This document shows, in pieces, positions 45,829 through 56,285 of a stretch of DNA of 60,816 bases. Made by a program: the position numbers and the translations under genes. The notes under the pieces are model-generated. The model made no database searches. It was not told the DNA's origin and saw only the letters and a program-made list of their open reading frames with translations. Source of the stretch: a virus (lineage: Duplodnaviria; Caudoviricetes); IMG/VR virus record IMGVR_UViG_3300020042_005302, positions 1-60,816 of that record; one strand, given 5' to 3'. The number at the start of each line of letters is the position of its first letter. Positions within the stretch are counted from its first letter, which is position 1.

Positions 45829-48195
45829 TTACAATATACCCTCATCTTCTTGCATTGTGCCAACTTGTCGCATAGGCATACCTTGCTGCTCCGGCATTTG
45901 ACCACCTTGTTGTTTCTCCATCATTGCCTGTCGAGCAATCTCTGGATCAAACATATCCTCTGGTTCCTGTTCGATGTCCATGGATTCCATTGGAGGTCTA
46001 AGCTGAGGCATCATGTCGCCCATCATTCCGCTCGTGCTACCTAAACCAGCTGACATACCATCTGGTTCATCTTGCGATTCAAGACCTGCCTTTGCTGTTA
46101 ACAGAGCGATGTCTGCTTCTAACTTGGCTTGTATCTCTGCACGTTTCTTCGCAATATCTATTTCAGCCTTAGCTTGTTCAGCTTCCATGTTAAAGGTCTG
46201 AGGTTGTTGTTGTTGTGCTTGGGCTTGCATTTGCATCTGCGCTTGCATCATTTCTTGTTGCTGCACTTGAGCTTGTTTAATCTTGTTTTGTTGTTCTTCA
46301 AGATGATCAAGAATCTTAGATGCTTCTGGCATATTGACCAACTCAATAAACAACTTGTTTGTATCTGGATCTGCAGGATCTCCAAACACACCCATCTGTC
46401 GCAAGGTTGCATACTTTTGAAGTCGTGCTTCTGGTCCATCATCCATTGCTGATCCGGGAACATATACGATTCGATACTGCCCACCACTGCGTATTGCATC
46501 AAATCGCATAACACCTTGTTTTAATTGATCTTTAGGAGCATTGTCTTCTTGCATATTTCCAACAAATGGAACAATGGCAAATTGCTGGACAAGAGATACT
46601 TCCCACTCTTTGATTTTGTAGTTACTTATCTCTATGTCAGCTCGAACGTAACTGTGCTGCGTATTGTCAGCTTTTTGCAAAAGACGAACAGCTTCTGCTG
46701 GAGTTCCAGCTTGAGCCATTCCCTGACTTACATCATGTAGCCCTGCAACGTCCGCCATATCTTTTTCAATAAATTGAAGAACAGGAAAGATGTCACTGCC
46801 TACGCCGGGTGCACGTACAATTTGCGGTGGCTGTGATCCACGATCGTAATATATCTTTCTATAGATACGGTTAGCGTCGTCAATCGTGTCACTCTTGTTA
46901 TCAAATGCATCAGCACCAATCTTACTTAGACGCTCCACCATAATGTAATCTTTTTGGCCCTCAAACTGCTCAAGCAATTTTGACCAAAGGCGATTGTACA
47001 TTAATTGAAGCTGCGTTAAATCAAAACCAAGACTATAGCCATATGGAGTTCCAGCGCGAGGTTGCCAACGTAAAGGAATAAATGGAAAAGAGTCTCGCTT
47101 TTCATATGGCCACACACCAGCGTATAGAAGCTGCGAGTTAGTAGATACTATGTAACGACCTTTCGGATAAAGAGCACTAGGCTTTTCCCAATACTCGTAC
47201 ACAGTTGCAGCATGTTTTCTTGCGTCGTAATTTGTTTGTCTTGCTGGTGTTGGATTGGTGTATCCGAATCCGCTTCCCGCTGCGCCATCAAGATAATTGT
47301 CCACATAACTAGCATTGTTTCCGGTGAGTGCATCCGCTTTTACTCGCTTTCCGATTTCACCGTATGAGTCAACAAACCAACTCAACGGCTTAACCATTGC
47401 ATGTATCAACCAGCGCACATCATCGTCTTGCTTAGCTGTAGGATCTAAATAAACATCAAACGCAGGCAGAATCTGCTCAACTACATCGCCAGCATCAAAC
47501 TGCTTATGACCAACAACATCTTTTCCTGACACATCATAAAGAGGGACAACTTGGCTTTTGTTGCTGTCCCAAAATATTTTTAAATAACTAGTACCGCATA
47601 CACATGCCCAGCGTACACGTTCTTTAAGTTGTGTTTCACGTCCAAACTTTTTAGCATAGTGCTTGATAATATAATTAGCCTCATCGGCTGCTTGACGATC
47701 GCGATCACTTTCCGATAGCGGTACAGCGCTAGCATCAGGGCTACCTTGAGTAAGCTTGCCTACAACTCCGTCAATCAAAGGTCGCATCTTATTGACAACT
47801 ACATATCGAGTTGGTTCTTTGTGATTTTGAAGTTTAACTAAATTACGAGCGTTACTATTGATGCGAAACCATTGTCTACCTTCAAAAAAAGCAACAGACA
47901 AAGCCCATTCGGTTTCCATTTCTTGTCGCGAACGCTGAGCTGTTTCAAATTGCCCTTTGACAAAATCGCATACCTTTATTGCTTCTGCAGGAGTTTCTGC
48001 TGGTAATACTTGCCAGTCTTTTTCTTCGTTATCAAGATTAAGGTTGTCTGGCTTAGTAAGATCTAGGCTAGTTAGTTTTTGTGCGCCAATAGTTCCTTGA
48101 TGCTCAGGTACTTTAAATGCTGTCATATTTGCTTGATCCGAGCCACCGCGCAACATGTTGGCTAGCTTGCTTGGATTAATCATTGGTTTTCTCAT
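45829..48195 (-). CDS. Portal protein (P22-like)
   Basis: FFEGRQW, VVNKMRP, DVYLDP, FPFIP, DVAG..DVSQG; Q-rich C-terminal barrel. Confidence 0.9.
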   Translation of the reverse strand: MRKPMINPSKLANMLRGGSDQANMTAFKVPEHQGTIGAQKLTSLDLTKPDNLNLDNEEKDWQVLPAETPAEAIKVCDFVKGQFETAQRSRQEMETEWALSVAFFEGRQWFRINSNARNLVKLQNHKEPTRYVVVNKMRPLIDGVVGKLTQGSPDASAVPLSESDRDRQAADEANYIIKHYAKKFGRETQLKERVRWACVCGTSYLKIFWDSNKSQVVPLYDVSGKDVVGHKQFDAGDVVEQILPAFDVYLDPTAKQDDDVRWLIHAMVKPLSWFVDSYGEIGKRVKADALTGNNASYVDNYLDGAAGSGFGYTNPTPARQTNYDARKHAATVYEYWEKPSALYPKGRYIVSTNSQLLYAGVWPYEKRDSFPFIPLRWQPRAGTPYGYSLGFDLTQLQLMYNRLWSKLLEQFEGQKDYIMVERLSKIGADAFDNKSDTIDDANRIYRKIYYDRGSQPPQIVRAPGVGSDIFPVLQFIEKDMADVAGLHDVSQGMAQAGTPAEAVRLLQKADNTQHSYVRADIEISNYKIKEWEVSLVQQFAIVPFVGNMQEDNAPKDQLKQGVMRFDAIRSGGQYRIVYVPGSAMDDGPEARLQKYATLRQMGVFGDPADPDTNKLFIELVNMPEASKILDHLEEQQNKIKQAQVQQQEMMQAQMQMQAQAQQQQPQTFNMEAEQAKAEIDIAKKRAEIQAKLEADIALLTAKAGLESQDEPDGMSAGLGSTSGMMGDMMPQLRPPMESMDIEQEPEDMFDPEIARQAMMEKQQGGQMPEQQGMPMRQVGTMQEDEGIL

Positions 48196-48329
48196 ATCCA
48201 GTCACCTGTTTTCTTGACTTCAGCAAGTATCTTTTCAACCCGCTGGTCTTTTAGTTCTTTTAAAACTTCATACATCCACACGAGTGTTAAGATGCCAAAT
48301 AAAGCTTCTGCCACATCACGTACTTGCAT
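48192..48329 (-). CDS. 45-aa membrane peptide (MQVRDVAEALFGILTLVWMYEVLKELKDQRVEKILAEVKKTGDWI)
   Basis: TAATG and ATGA overlaps with terL and portal. Confidence 0.6.
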   Translation of the reverse strand: MQVRDVAEALFGILTLVWMYEVLKELKDQRVEKILAEVKKTGDWI

Positions 48330-50068
48330 TAGATCCAATCCTTTTGTTTACGCTCATTAAACCAGCTCGGCATGTTTTCTTTATTACGAATTCTTTCAGA
48401 TCTAATCTCAGGACATTCTACTGGATATTTCCTCCACATGGCCCCATACCTCATGCTATCAATTGCGTGGTCATTTTTCGTACCATTGTCAATCTCATCA
48501 GGGTCTCTTGGTGACGCCATTGTTTTTTCCAACTGTTTAATAATATTTGGACATTTGCCTTTCACAATTTGTAACTTTGGTCTGCGTTTACCAGCAATAA
48601 ATTCAGATGCGTCCAACATTTCTTTCATCTGTGCCCATCCAGCTTTTCTGTCTTTAACTGCACGTACACAAGGTAGCCCCATGTTCCACCACACTTCGAC
48701 AGGATATTCTCCAATACGTTCTTCGATCTTTGCTGGTGGAAATGTATTAGCCCAGTCAAATGCAATTGCCTCAAGTTTAGTCGCCCACTGATTTCGTTCT
48801 TTAGAAAGGCATGTAGCCAATTCAAATTGAGCAAGCATCTCAACAACATGATTAGCTTGACTTGAACTTACATGTCCTGCTTCATACCATTCAGATAAAA
48901 GATATACATTCTCGCGCTCATCACTAGCAAATAGCAATGTACATGCAGGTGCGCCAGTACCATAGTCATGGCTTGCCCAGAATCTCCACCATGGCTGTAT
49001 TTCTACATGGTCAACCACATGCCACGGATTGCCTTCATTATCAATTTCACGAAATTGAGGAAAGAATCTTCCTCCAACTCCAACCTCATGTTGACATTCT
49101 CGCAAGAACGATGTAAGCCCAAATGTATCAATTTCATCTTGACAAACAGCAATGCTCTTGTGTTTCCAAGCTGGTGTACCACCTGTTATTTTGTAACCAA
49201 CACGCCCGTTGTCGCGTTCACAAGGCTCATACGTCAGGTCCCAAATTGCTGGAACCTTTGGTGACTGTATGCGGTTCTGAAGCATATCAATCTCTCCAGA
49301 CAATGTGCGCGTCATAACACTATTACTGTGGATAGCGTTCTGTACAAAAATAACTGCACAATCAATACTTCTTGCAGGAAGAATTGTTGCAGTCATTGTT
49401 TTTATCTTTTTCTCCACGCGATCAACAGAGTCATCAAGTTCATCAATGTCGTCAAAAATAATGATGTCAGGACGTAGATGATCAAGCTTGACACCGCGAG
49501 CGCCGGTGTCCAAACCAAACGCAAGAACATTGAATCCGTTTGCTGTGCGTAACTTACTCGCACTCCATCCTTTTGAAAACCCATATTGGTTTACAGCTCT
49601 TTCAATTCCGCACTTTTCCATTGCGTTTGCAATGTCATTAACGTGTCTGTTTGCAGCATCCTGTGTATGGCAAACATATAATGCAAATCGCCTTGTAGCT
49701 TTTACTGCAAGTCTAGAAATGATAAGTTCAACAGTAGTTGACTTACCTCCTCCTCGAAACCAGCATTCAATCAATGCAGGTGCTGATGCACCGGGTGTTA
49801 ATTTCTCTGCCCACTCCCATGCTCGTATGTGATGCTCCCCTAAATCAGCGCTGGCTGCATGTCTTGCATAAGACTTTAACCATTGCTTGTAATCTAAATC
49901 TGATCCAGCAATAGGTACGGCTTTACCACTGTCAAAATCTCCTAATTGCAATGTAGTACCAAGTTCATCTTCTAGCGCTTGCAATAAACTTACGGACAAA
50001 GATTTACCAGTCTGCATAAATGGTTTTAATTTGCGTGGCGTAAGTGACTTACCAATACTAGTTTTCAT
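48329..50068 (-). CDS. terL: Terminase large subunit
   Basis: FRGGGKST Walker A, RPDIIIFDD Walker B, HDYG and DHAIDSMRY nuclease motifs. Confidence 0.93.
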   Translation of the reverse strand: MKTSIGKSLTPRKLKPFMQTGKSLSVSLLQALEDELGTTLQLGDFDSGKAVPIAGSDLDYKQWLKSYARHAASADLGEHHIRAWEWAEKLTPGASAPALIECWFRGGGKSTTVELIISRLAVKATRRFALYVCHTQDAANRHVNDIANAMEKCGIERAVNQYGFSKGWSASKLRTANGFNVLAFGLDTGARGVKLDHLRPDIIIFDDIDELDDSVDRVEKKIKTMTATILPARSIDCAVIFVQNAIHSNSVMTRTLSGEIDMLQNRIQSPKVPAIWDLTYEPCERDNGRVGYKITGGTPAWKHKSIAVCQDEIDTFGLTSFLRECQHEVGVGGRFFPQFREIDNEGNPWHVVDHVEIQPWWRFWASHDYGTGAPACTLLFASDERENVYLLSEWYEAGHVSSSQANHVVEMLAQFELATCLSKERNQWATKLEAIAFDWANTFPPAKIEERIGEYPVEVWWNMGLPCVRAVKDRKAGWAQMKEMLDASEFIAGKRRPKLQIVKGKCPNIIKQLEKTMASPRDPDEIDNGTKNDHAIDSMRYGAMWRKYPVECPEIRSERIRNKENMPSWFNERKQKDWI

Positions 50069-50774
50069 CTACTACCTCGACATCAATGACTTCATCTTCT
50101 TGGTATTGACGTAGTAATTTACCAATGCCAGACTTAATGGCATTCATTTCTTCTGCGTCTTTAACACTCCTTTTAATTACATCTAGGACTTGCATAATTA
50201 AACTATATGCTTGATCAACTTCTAATATGTAAGATTTACTTTGCAACATTTTTTGTTCTGTTTCAACAATGAACGCACGTTGCCTAATTAAATCGATTAA
50301 AGCATCGGATGCCTTTGTAGCATCAGCACCTTCTGCAACTGAATCATGAAGATGGTCAATTAATTTTCCGACTTCATCAAAGTTTGAACTTTTCCATTCA
50401 GCTTTTAATGTTTTAACTAAACCTTTAATTTCTGTGTAATGTTCAGTAGTAATGCCTTCGTTAATTGCTTCTGCACGTACATCAAGCAAAGCAGTAATAT
50501 ATGCAGCATCATCTTTCAGTGACCAAAGTTCTGGATCATCTCGCAGTTCACGTATACGCGTAAGTAACTTTGGTGCTACGGATGCAAATCGCTCACGATT
50601 CATTCCGCTTAAGCCAGTTTTAAATGTAGGTGAGTTTATATTACGTGTAGCCCTAGATACATGAAAACTACATAATGTATGACCGTCCATTGCATTTCTT
50701 TTACACTGGCTTTTTTCGCCATGTCTGGTAAAAGTTGCAACGCATCTTTGATTTACCTTTTGTAATTCACTCAT
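50058..50774 (-). CDS. terS: Terminase small subunit (N-terminal C3H Zn finger)
   Basis: C..C..CSFH, FKTG, helical body, VIDVEVV tail; directly upstream of terL. Confidence 0.65.
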   Translation of the reverse strand: MSELQKVNQRCVATFTRHGEKSQCKRNAMDGHTLCSFHVSRATRNINSPTFKTGLSGMNRERFASVAPKLLTRIRELRDDPELWSLKDDAAYITALLDVRAEAINEGITTEHYTEIKGLVKTLKAEWKSSNFDEVGKLIDHLHDSVAEGADATKASDALIDLIRQRAFIVETEQKMLQSKSYILEVDQAYSLIMQVLDVIKRSVKDAEEMNAIKSGIGKLLRQYQEDEVIDVEVVDEN

Positions 50775-50779
50775 ACTTT

Positions 50780-50796
50780 AGCATACTGTAAGTAAT
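50780..50796 (-). promoter_or_regulatory. Promoter/operator ATTACTTACAGTATGCT, probably leaderless terS mRNA
   Basis: Motif variant; ATG 5 nt after the -10 box; no RBS. Confidence 0.6.
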
Positions 50797-51374
50797 TACT
50801 TTTTAATAGGTTGTTTTTTGGGAAGCATTTTATTTTGTTGGAGTCTGCCAGTAAATAAATCAGCTAATGCATTTATAGCTGGCGTTGCATATTTAACAGG
50901 AGTGTTTATGACATCTCCAACTTTAGATATGCCAGACATTCCTTTCCCATACATAGGATTTTCTATAATCTGCTTTGCAATGGGTTTTAATAGTGGACCA
51001 TACATTTCCAACCACATTGCTCGATTTACTGCATCAGGATTGTTATTTACTATTGATTCATCATCTTCAATTTGTTTTCTTAATTCGTAGTCACCAAACA
51101 TATTGTATGCACTGTCAATGCCAAGATTAATATATGGAGCAGCACCACCACTAAATTGCGCAGTTAAATAATCTTGTAGGGCGTTTCCACCTAGTTGTGA
51201 CAAACCATACGTAACTGCTTTTTCTCTTTCTGAAGAATCATCTGATGCTAATCCGCGCAATGTTGCATCAATACCACCAACATATGGCATCACTCCCATT
51301 AGATTTGCTGCCAATGGGAGTGTCTTTCTTACCGTTTTACCTAAAGGTGATTTACTTTTTTGTTGCATTTCCAT
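50796..51374 (-). CDS. Hypothetical protein
   Basis: 192 aa, overlaps end of the 1372-aa gene. Confidence 0.7.
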   Translation of the reverse strand: MEMQQKSKSPLGKTVRKTLPLAANLMGVMPYVGGIDATLRGLASDDSSEREKAVTYGLSQLGGNALQDYLTAQFSGGAAPYINLGIDSAYNMFGDYELRKQIEDDESIVNNNPDAVNRAMWLEMYGPLLKPIAKQIIENPMYGKGMSGISKVGDVINTPVKYATPAINALADLFTGRLQQNKMLPKKQPIKK

Positions 51375-54300
51375 CTCTCACTTGTTGGGATAGATTACTT
51401 CTAACTCGTTCACCAAATACACCTGCTGCTGTTGGAACTAACATCATGCCGGGTTTTCTTATTCTAGATAATAATCCCTTACCCTTTGCCTTCTGGGCCT
51501 GATCTCCAAGAACAACTCCCGGCGCTTTTCTTGGTGCTGGTAAAGCAGGAGATGCACCTGCAATCATCGACCTAGACCCAACTCCAGACAAATCAAATCT
51601 AGACCCCGGTTCAAATCGCAAGAATGACATTGCCATATCTAGCGCTTTGGTGTCTCCTTCAAACCTAGGAGACTTACTTAACTGATCGTACGTTTTACCA
51701 GAAGCCAAATCATCAGCAACACGATTGATAATGATTTTCTCCGCAGGGGTAATTTGATTACCCTTACGGCTACTTGCATTCCATCGATCAATATCAGACT
51801 TAACCTTATCAACCCATGCTTCAGGAGTAAGCTCACCCATAAACTGCTGTGGTATGTAGTTAGACGATACAGTCTGTCCAGTTTTTGTCTTAAACCCAGC
51901 ACCCTCTGGTCCCTTTTCGCCTATGGTTGCTACATTGCGTGGCCCTTCAGTACGACCAGCCTCAACGTTGCGTAAGGCTCGATCAGCAGTTGGATTTTGC
52001 CTACCGCGATTCTTTGCTGGTGGGCGCGGAATACTTCTTTCGAGTGCAACAGAAACTACACGTTGTAAATTTTGTAGTTTTGCAAGCGCTGCTTCTGGTG
52101 AATTGGAGTTGCTGATGATTGATAGGAGGCCACGATGATTTGTTTGATCATTGACAAATTCACGTAACGCTTCTCTTTGTAACGCTAATTTGATTTCACC
52201 AGATTTACCAGATGCTTCTATACGATCAAATTTCTTTTTGTAATCTGGATTCCAGAACAATAAATTTTTGTCTGCTGGACCAAGGCGTTCTGCCATCTGC
52301 CTAATTACTTGTCTAGCAACATCAAATAGCGCGTCTTCTTCTATTACTTGTGAACGCCCAACTCCGGATGCTCCAGATAGTTGCTTAGGAAGAACCTTTC
52401 CTTCACGTAGACCTCGCGCGATGTTATCCAGACCAGCGACAAGACCACCTGTTTTTCCAACAGTTGAAATACCGTCACCAAGTAATCGTTCAGACTGTTG
52501 CGGGATTTTACGTAAAACACTAATAAGTTCTCTGAAATTAGTGTCCTTATCACCCTTTGTGTAACCAATAATACTAGCTGCCTTATTAGGTGTTAAGCCT
52601 TGTATTGCTGTTCTGACTGACGTACCTAAAAGCTCATCAGATAGGTCTTGTCTTTGAAAAGCTGCGCCAAGGCGACCTGCATCTTTTACATAGTCATCCC
52701 ATGCATCCGGATTAGCTGCAATTTTTTCCTGCAAGCCTTTAGGTGAATAGCCTGTTGGCGTCTTGCCTTCTGCATCAATAAGATATGGAGATATACCAAA
52801 AACTCTATATCCGCGCACAAATCCGGTTACCGCATCAGGAACATCAACGTTTTTTTCTGTTCTTTTTGCTTCTGTTATTAATCGACCTTGTACATCTAAT
52901 AACAGGCGGCGTTGACGTAAACGCTCTGGCAATCGATCTTCAGATAGTTCAGTAGCGGAAGTTGCACTTACTACCTGACCACCACGCATTCCTTTGAAAA
53001 CACCTGCTGCTTCAGGTGCTCTGCCCATTAAATCAGACCAAAACTTTAAGTTAGCAATTTTTGGATTACTAACAACAGCTAATGTTTTTTCGTAGAAATC
53101 TAATGGCGTCTTCCTATTTTTTACTGCATACGCTGGATCTAAAGAAGATAGTTCTGCAAACCGCTTGTTAATTAACTGCTCGGTAAGATTATTCTTTATC
53201 TGCATTACGGAATCACGCAGTAAAGCCTCACCCTTTATTCCTCGACCCTTAATTACCAGCTGGCCATCTTCGTTAGTAGATAGTGTAGCTCTAGTTAATC
53301 TCTGAAAATTACGCGCTAGTGCATCAGATAAGATGTCGTCTTTTTCGTATTTTCGCGGAATTAAAACTTCTTGTGGCTTTCCGGTTACAGGGTCTATAAC
53401 CGTCTCTTTGTTTAATCCTCGATATGGATTTTTAGCAAACGTTTTACCGTAACTAGGTGGCAGCATCAATGCAAGTTGTTGTGGTGTTGCATATGGAGAA
53501 AGTTTTTTTGCAAACATTCCCCAGTCTGGCGTGTCTTGTGTGATTGCTTGAATTGCTTGCCTTACACGAGACTCAAATGCACGAGCTGATATTGAATTAG
53601 GATCTCCACTTGTACCAGACCCAAACCAGTCAAGCTTAGTAATTTGTTCAACGATGTTTGCAATATTTAAACGCTGCGCTGCTGCTACGGCGGGTCCAGA
53701 AATTGACTTATTAGTTACTGGGTCGATAAGCGCACCGGCTTTGCCAACCTGCGTACCCGTTTTCATTGCTTCCATCAACTTGACAGCACTCTTGTTGCCA
53801 GAAGCAAGTGTTTGAGCAACTAATCCTTTTTTTGATAAATCTTCAATATTGTTTTCTAAACGAGCAATGAATGGCGGATTAGTTTTAAGTAATGCAGTTA
53901 CAAGATCAAGTACAACCTGTTGCTTGTTGCCAATAGGTGTATCTTTGTACTTGACCTTAAACTGCTCTCCAATGCGTTTTACAACAATGGCGCGAGCTGC
54001 ACCCAGCACGTCTTTTGTAAAGTTTTTGTTAACTTGATCAACAGTAAGACGACCGTCTTCTGCCCAAGGCAATACGTCTTTATTGTCTACTTTAAGTTTT
54101 TGCCAATCATCATAGTTGTTGCCTAATTGCAAAAAGCTAACTAGACCACGATTCATTAGGTTTGATAACGTATCTTGACCAATTAGTTTACTAGTAAGAT
54201 TTTTACCAGCTCCAAATTCGCCCATGTTTTCAAGCGCATCATCAAACATTCCTTGCGCTTGAGTAATTAATTTTTCAGCTACATTGCGTGGTACTTTATT

Positions 54301-55470
54301 TGCAGGATCGTCTAATAAGCCTTGCAGTGTAACAAAGTTGCCAAACCCTTCTGCAATAGCAGTACGATTTTTACCTTGCGCACTTGTATATGCCTCTGCA
54401 AGTCCATCAAGATACTTGCCAATGCTTGCTGCGGCATCAGCACTAGCACCAGACGCTTCCGCTGCTCTGGTAATAATATTCATTCTGTCAATAGATGGCT
54501 TATTTGCTATAGACCCCAAGAACGCACCTGAAGACTGCTTTCCAATAGCACGTTCAATTACACCCATAAACGCTTTGCGATTACCAAACTGTGTAAAGTC
54601 TACAAGATAATTAGTAAATTTCTTAGCTCCGCCAACATTACCTGTTTCTTCTGCACCCGATGGTAACCTATTAAATCTTTTTGTAATTGCACCAAGTAAC
54701 TTGTCATAGGCAGATGTCATTTTAGCTGGAGCTTCACGTGCTTCAGTTATACGAGTACGTATATCATCGGACACCTGCTGTTCAGTTTTACCAGTACGTT
54801 TTGCAATACTAGTAATGCTTGGTGCAACACCAGCAATAAAGTCATCTACCTCCATCCCGCCAGTTGATCGTGATGCGCCAACTACAGCAGGGCGAGTATT
54901 GCCACCAGTAGGGCCACCGCCAGTTTTGACTGGTGTTATTGGTTTAAAAATATTTGGAGTAATAGTAGTACCAGTAGCACCTAATCCACGAGTAACTAAT
55001 TCCTCTGTATCTACTTGTCCAATTTGTCTTTCAGTTTCTTTATCTGCTTGCAGTTCTGCTTTGTACTCACGCGGCCCCGGCATCGACGGAGTGGTTGCAG
55101 TCAAAAAATCAAATGGGTCAACTGATGTGGTAGCAAAACGCGAAATACCTAATCGCTCAAAAATTGGATTAGCAATATCATTAAATTCATCTTTTGGTAA
55201 ACCAGCTGTAATTAAACGGCGTAGTTCACGTTCATCATCTGGGTTTTTTGATAATACGTTTTCAATTCTTGCTTTTACTAAACGCGATACTCCACCCGGA
55301 GCATTCGCAGCATTTCCCTGCATGCCAAGGCCAGTTAATGGTGCAGGTGTAGCCGGAGGAGCTGGTTGTGCTACAGCAGGAGTAATCGGCGGAGCAGTAA
55401 CAGCCTTTGTTACTTTTTCTTTATCAGTGTCAGATTGATTGCCTAATAAAAGAGAACGAAAAGATGCCAT
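51352..55470 (-). CDS. Large (1372 aa) hypothetical protein, possibly virion-associated
   Basis: Long ORF, P/A/G-rich termini, helical; no recognisable catalytic motif. Confidence 0.8.
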   Translation of the reverse strand: MASFRSLLLGNQSDTDKEKVTKAVTAPPITPAVAQPAPPATPAPLTGLGMQGNAANAPGGVSRLVKARIENVLSKNPDDERELRRLITAGLPKDEFNDIANPIFERLGISRFATTSVDPFDFLTATTPSMPGPREYKAELQADKETERQIGQVDTEELVTRGLGATGTTITPNIFKPITPVKTGGGPTGGNTRPAVVGASRSTGGMEVDDFIAGVAPSITSIAKRTGKTEQQVSDDIRTRITEAREAPAKMTSAYDKLLGAITKRFNRLPSGAEETGNVGGAKKFTNYLVDFTQFGNRKAFMGVIERAIGKQSSGAFLGSIANKPSIDRMNIITRAAEASGASADAAASIGKYLDGLAEAYTSAQGKNRTAIAEGFGNFVTLQGLLDDPANKVPRNVAEKLITQAQGMFDDALENMGEFGAGKNLTSKLIGQDTLSNLMNRGLVSFLQLGNNYDDWQKLKVDNKDVLPWAEDGRLTVDQVNKNFTKDVLGAARAIVVKRIGEQFKVKYKDTPIGNKQQVVLDLVTALLKTNPPFIARLENNIEDLSKKGLVAQTLASGNKSAVKLMEAMKTGTQVGKAGALIDPVTNKSISGPAVAAAQRLNIANIVEQITKLDWFGSGTSGDPNSISARAFESRVRQAIQAITQDTPDWGMFAKKLSPYATPQQLALMLPPSYGKTFAKNPYRGLNKETVIDPVTGKPQEVLIPRKYEKDDILSDALARNFQRLTRATLSTNEDGQLVIKGRGIKGEALLRDSVMQIKNNLTEQLINKRFAELSSLDPAYAVKNRKTPLDFYEKTLAVVSNPKIANLKFWSDLMGRAPEAAGVFKGMRGGQVVSATSATELSEDRLPERLRQRRLLLDVQGRLITEAKRTEKNVDVPDAVTGFVRGYRVFGISPYLIDAEGKTPTGYSPKGLQEKIAANPDAWDDYVKDAGRLGAAFQRQDLSDELLGTSVRTAIQGLTPNKAASIIGYTKGDKDTNFRELISVLRKIPQQSERLLGDGISTVGKTGGLVAGLDNIARGLREGKVLPKQLSGASGVGRSQVIEEDALFDVARQVIRQMAERLGPADKNLLFWNPDYKKKFDRIEASGKSGEIKLALQREALREFVNDQTNHRGLLSIISNSNSPEAALAKLQNLQRVVSVALERSIPRPPAKNRGRQNPTADRALRNVEAGRTEGPRNVATIGEKGPEGAGFKTKTGQTVSSNYIPQQFMGELTPEAWVDKVKSDIDRWNASSRKGNQITPAEKIIINRVADDLASGKTYDQLSKSPRFEGDTKALDMAMSFLRFEPGSRFDLSGVGSRSMIAGASPALPAPRKAPGVVLGDQAQKAKGKGLLSRIRKPGMMLVPTAAGVFGERVRSNLSQQVRDGNATKK

Positions 55471-55484
55471 AACTTACCCCACTG

Positions 55485-55649
55485 TTATTTTACACGTGAT
55501 AGTCTTGGGTTAGCTTTTTTAGCCTTAGCTGACGCTTTGCGTGTAGCAGATGCCAAGATGGCACCAGCAGCCTTGGTGCTGATGCCTTGTTTGTTTGCAA
55601 TGTTTTTTTGCACTGCTTTAAATCCCGGATGTGCTTTGTTTTGCATCAT
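55485..55649 (-). CDS. 54-aa basic protein (MMQNKAHPGFKAVQKNIA...ANPRLSRVK)
   Basis: K/A-rich, overlaps upstream stop; below track cutoff. Confidence 0.75.
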   Translation of the reverse strand: MMQNKAHPGFKAVQKNIANKQGISTKAAGAILASATRKASAKAKKANPRLSRVK

Positions 55650-55945
55650 TTCTTTTTAATGCCAAGCATCTGCCCAAATGTTTTAGCTGGGGCATTGCTT
55701 TTTGGTTTAGATGCCGGAATGTCACGCATATTGCGTGGTGCTTTGCTACCGGGCTTAGCGCCATAAGTTTCTGGACCAGTCACATCAGACGCCATAGATG
55801 GCCTACGTGTATCTACCTTTGGCTTTTGCTTAGGCGCAGCATAACCCATTTCAGCATATGGGACTTTACTGCCAGTCTTCATGCCTAACGCAGCAGCACC
55901 AGTTGTTGGATCAGAAAGCTTACCGCTTTTACCTTTTTGCATCAC
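55646..55945 (-). CDS. Small basic low-complexity protein
   Basis: GGAGG RBS; K/P/G/A-rich. Confidence 0.7.
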   Translation of the reverse strand: MMQKGKSGKLSDPTTGAAALGMKTGSKVPYAEMGYAAPKQKPKVDTRRPSMASDVTGPETYGAKPGSKAPRNMRDIPASKPKSNAPAKTFGQMLGIKKK

Positions 55946-55954
55946 AAACCTCCA

Positions 55955-56218
55955 CTAGCAATTCCAAGCCCGTAACGATTTATTAATTCTACTATTAGGA
56001 TCGTTCGCAGTTTTAGCAGATGTTCTAGTTTTTTTCATACCTTCCATGCGAGCACAAAAAGATTTACGCCTAGAAGCATCTTTCGGTGTTTTAGGATTTG
56101 GGGCCGGAGGCTTTAATTTTGATCCAGTAGTACGGTTAAAATGAGCACGTCCTGCTGCATTTAAACCACCTTTAGGATTTTGATATTTTTTAACAACTCC
56201 CATAGTAGACACCGTCAC
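55955..56218 (-). CDS. DUF6321-like small basic protein
   Basis: NPKGGLNAAGR...RRKSFCARM...NSRINKSLRAWNC. Confidence 0.75.
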   Translation of the reverse strand: MTVSTMGVVKKYQNPKGGLNAAGRAHFNRTTGSKLKPPAPNPKTPKDASRRKSFCARMEGMKKTRTSAKTANDPNSRINKSLRAWNC

Positions 56219-56263
56219 TTTACTTGAAGTACTAGCATCATACTACAGATAGCAATAGCATAC

Positions 56264-56280
56264 ATTACTTACAGTACAAT
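56264..56280 (+). promoter_or_regulatory. Promoter/operator ATTACTTACAGTACAAT, probably leaderless luxR-like mRNA
   Basis: Motif variant; ATG 5 nt after TACAAT. Confidence 0.65.
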
Positions 56281-56285
56281 GTAAT

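Noticed and set aside
17443-55888. Numerous + strand ORFs of 60-207 aa in the structural arm, and - strand ORFs in the early arm
   Set aside because: Antisense shadows of long genes, S/A/T-rich, mostly without an ATG start or RBS
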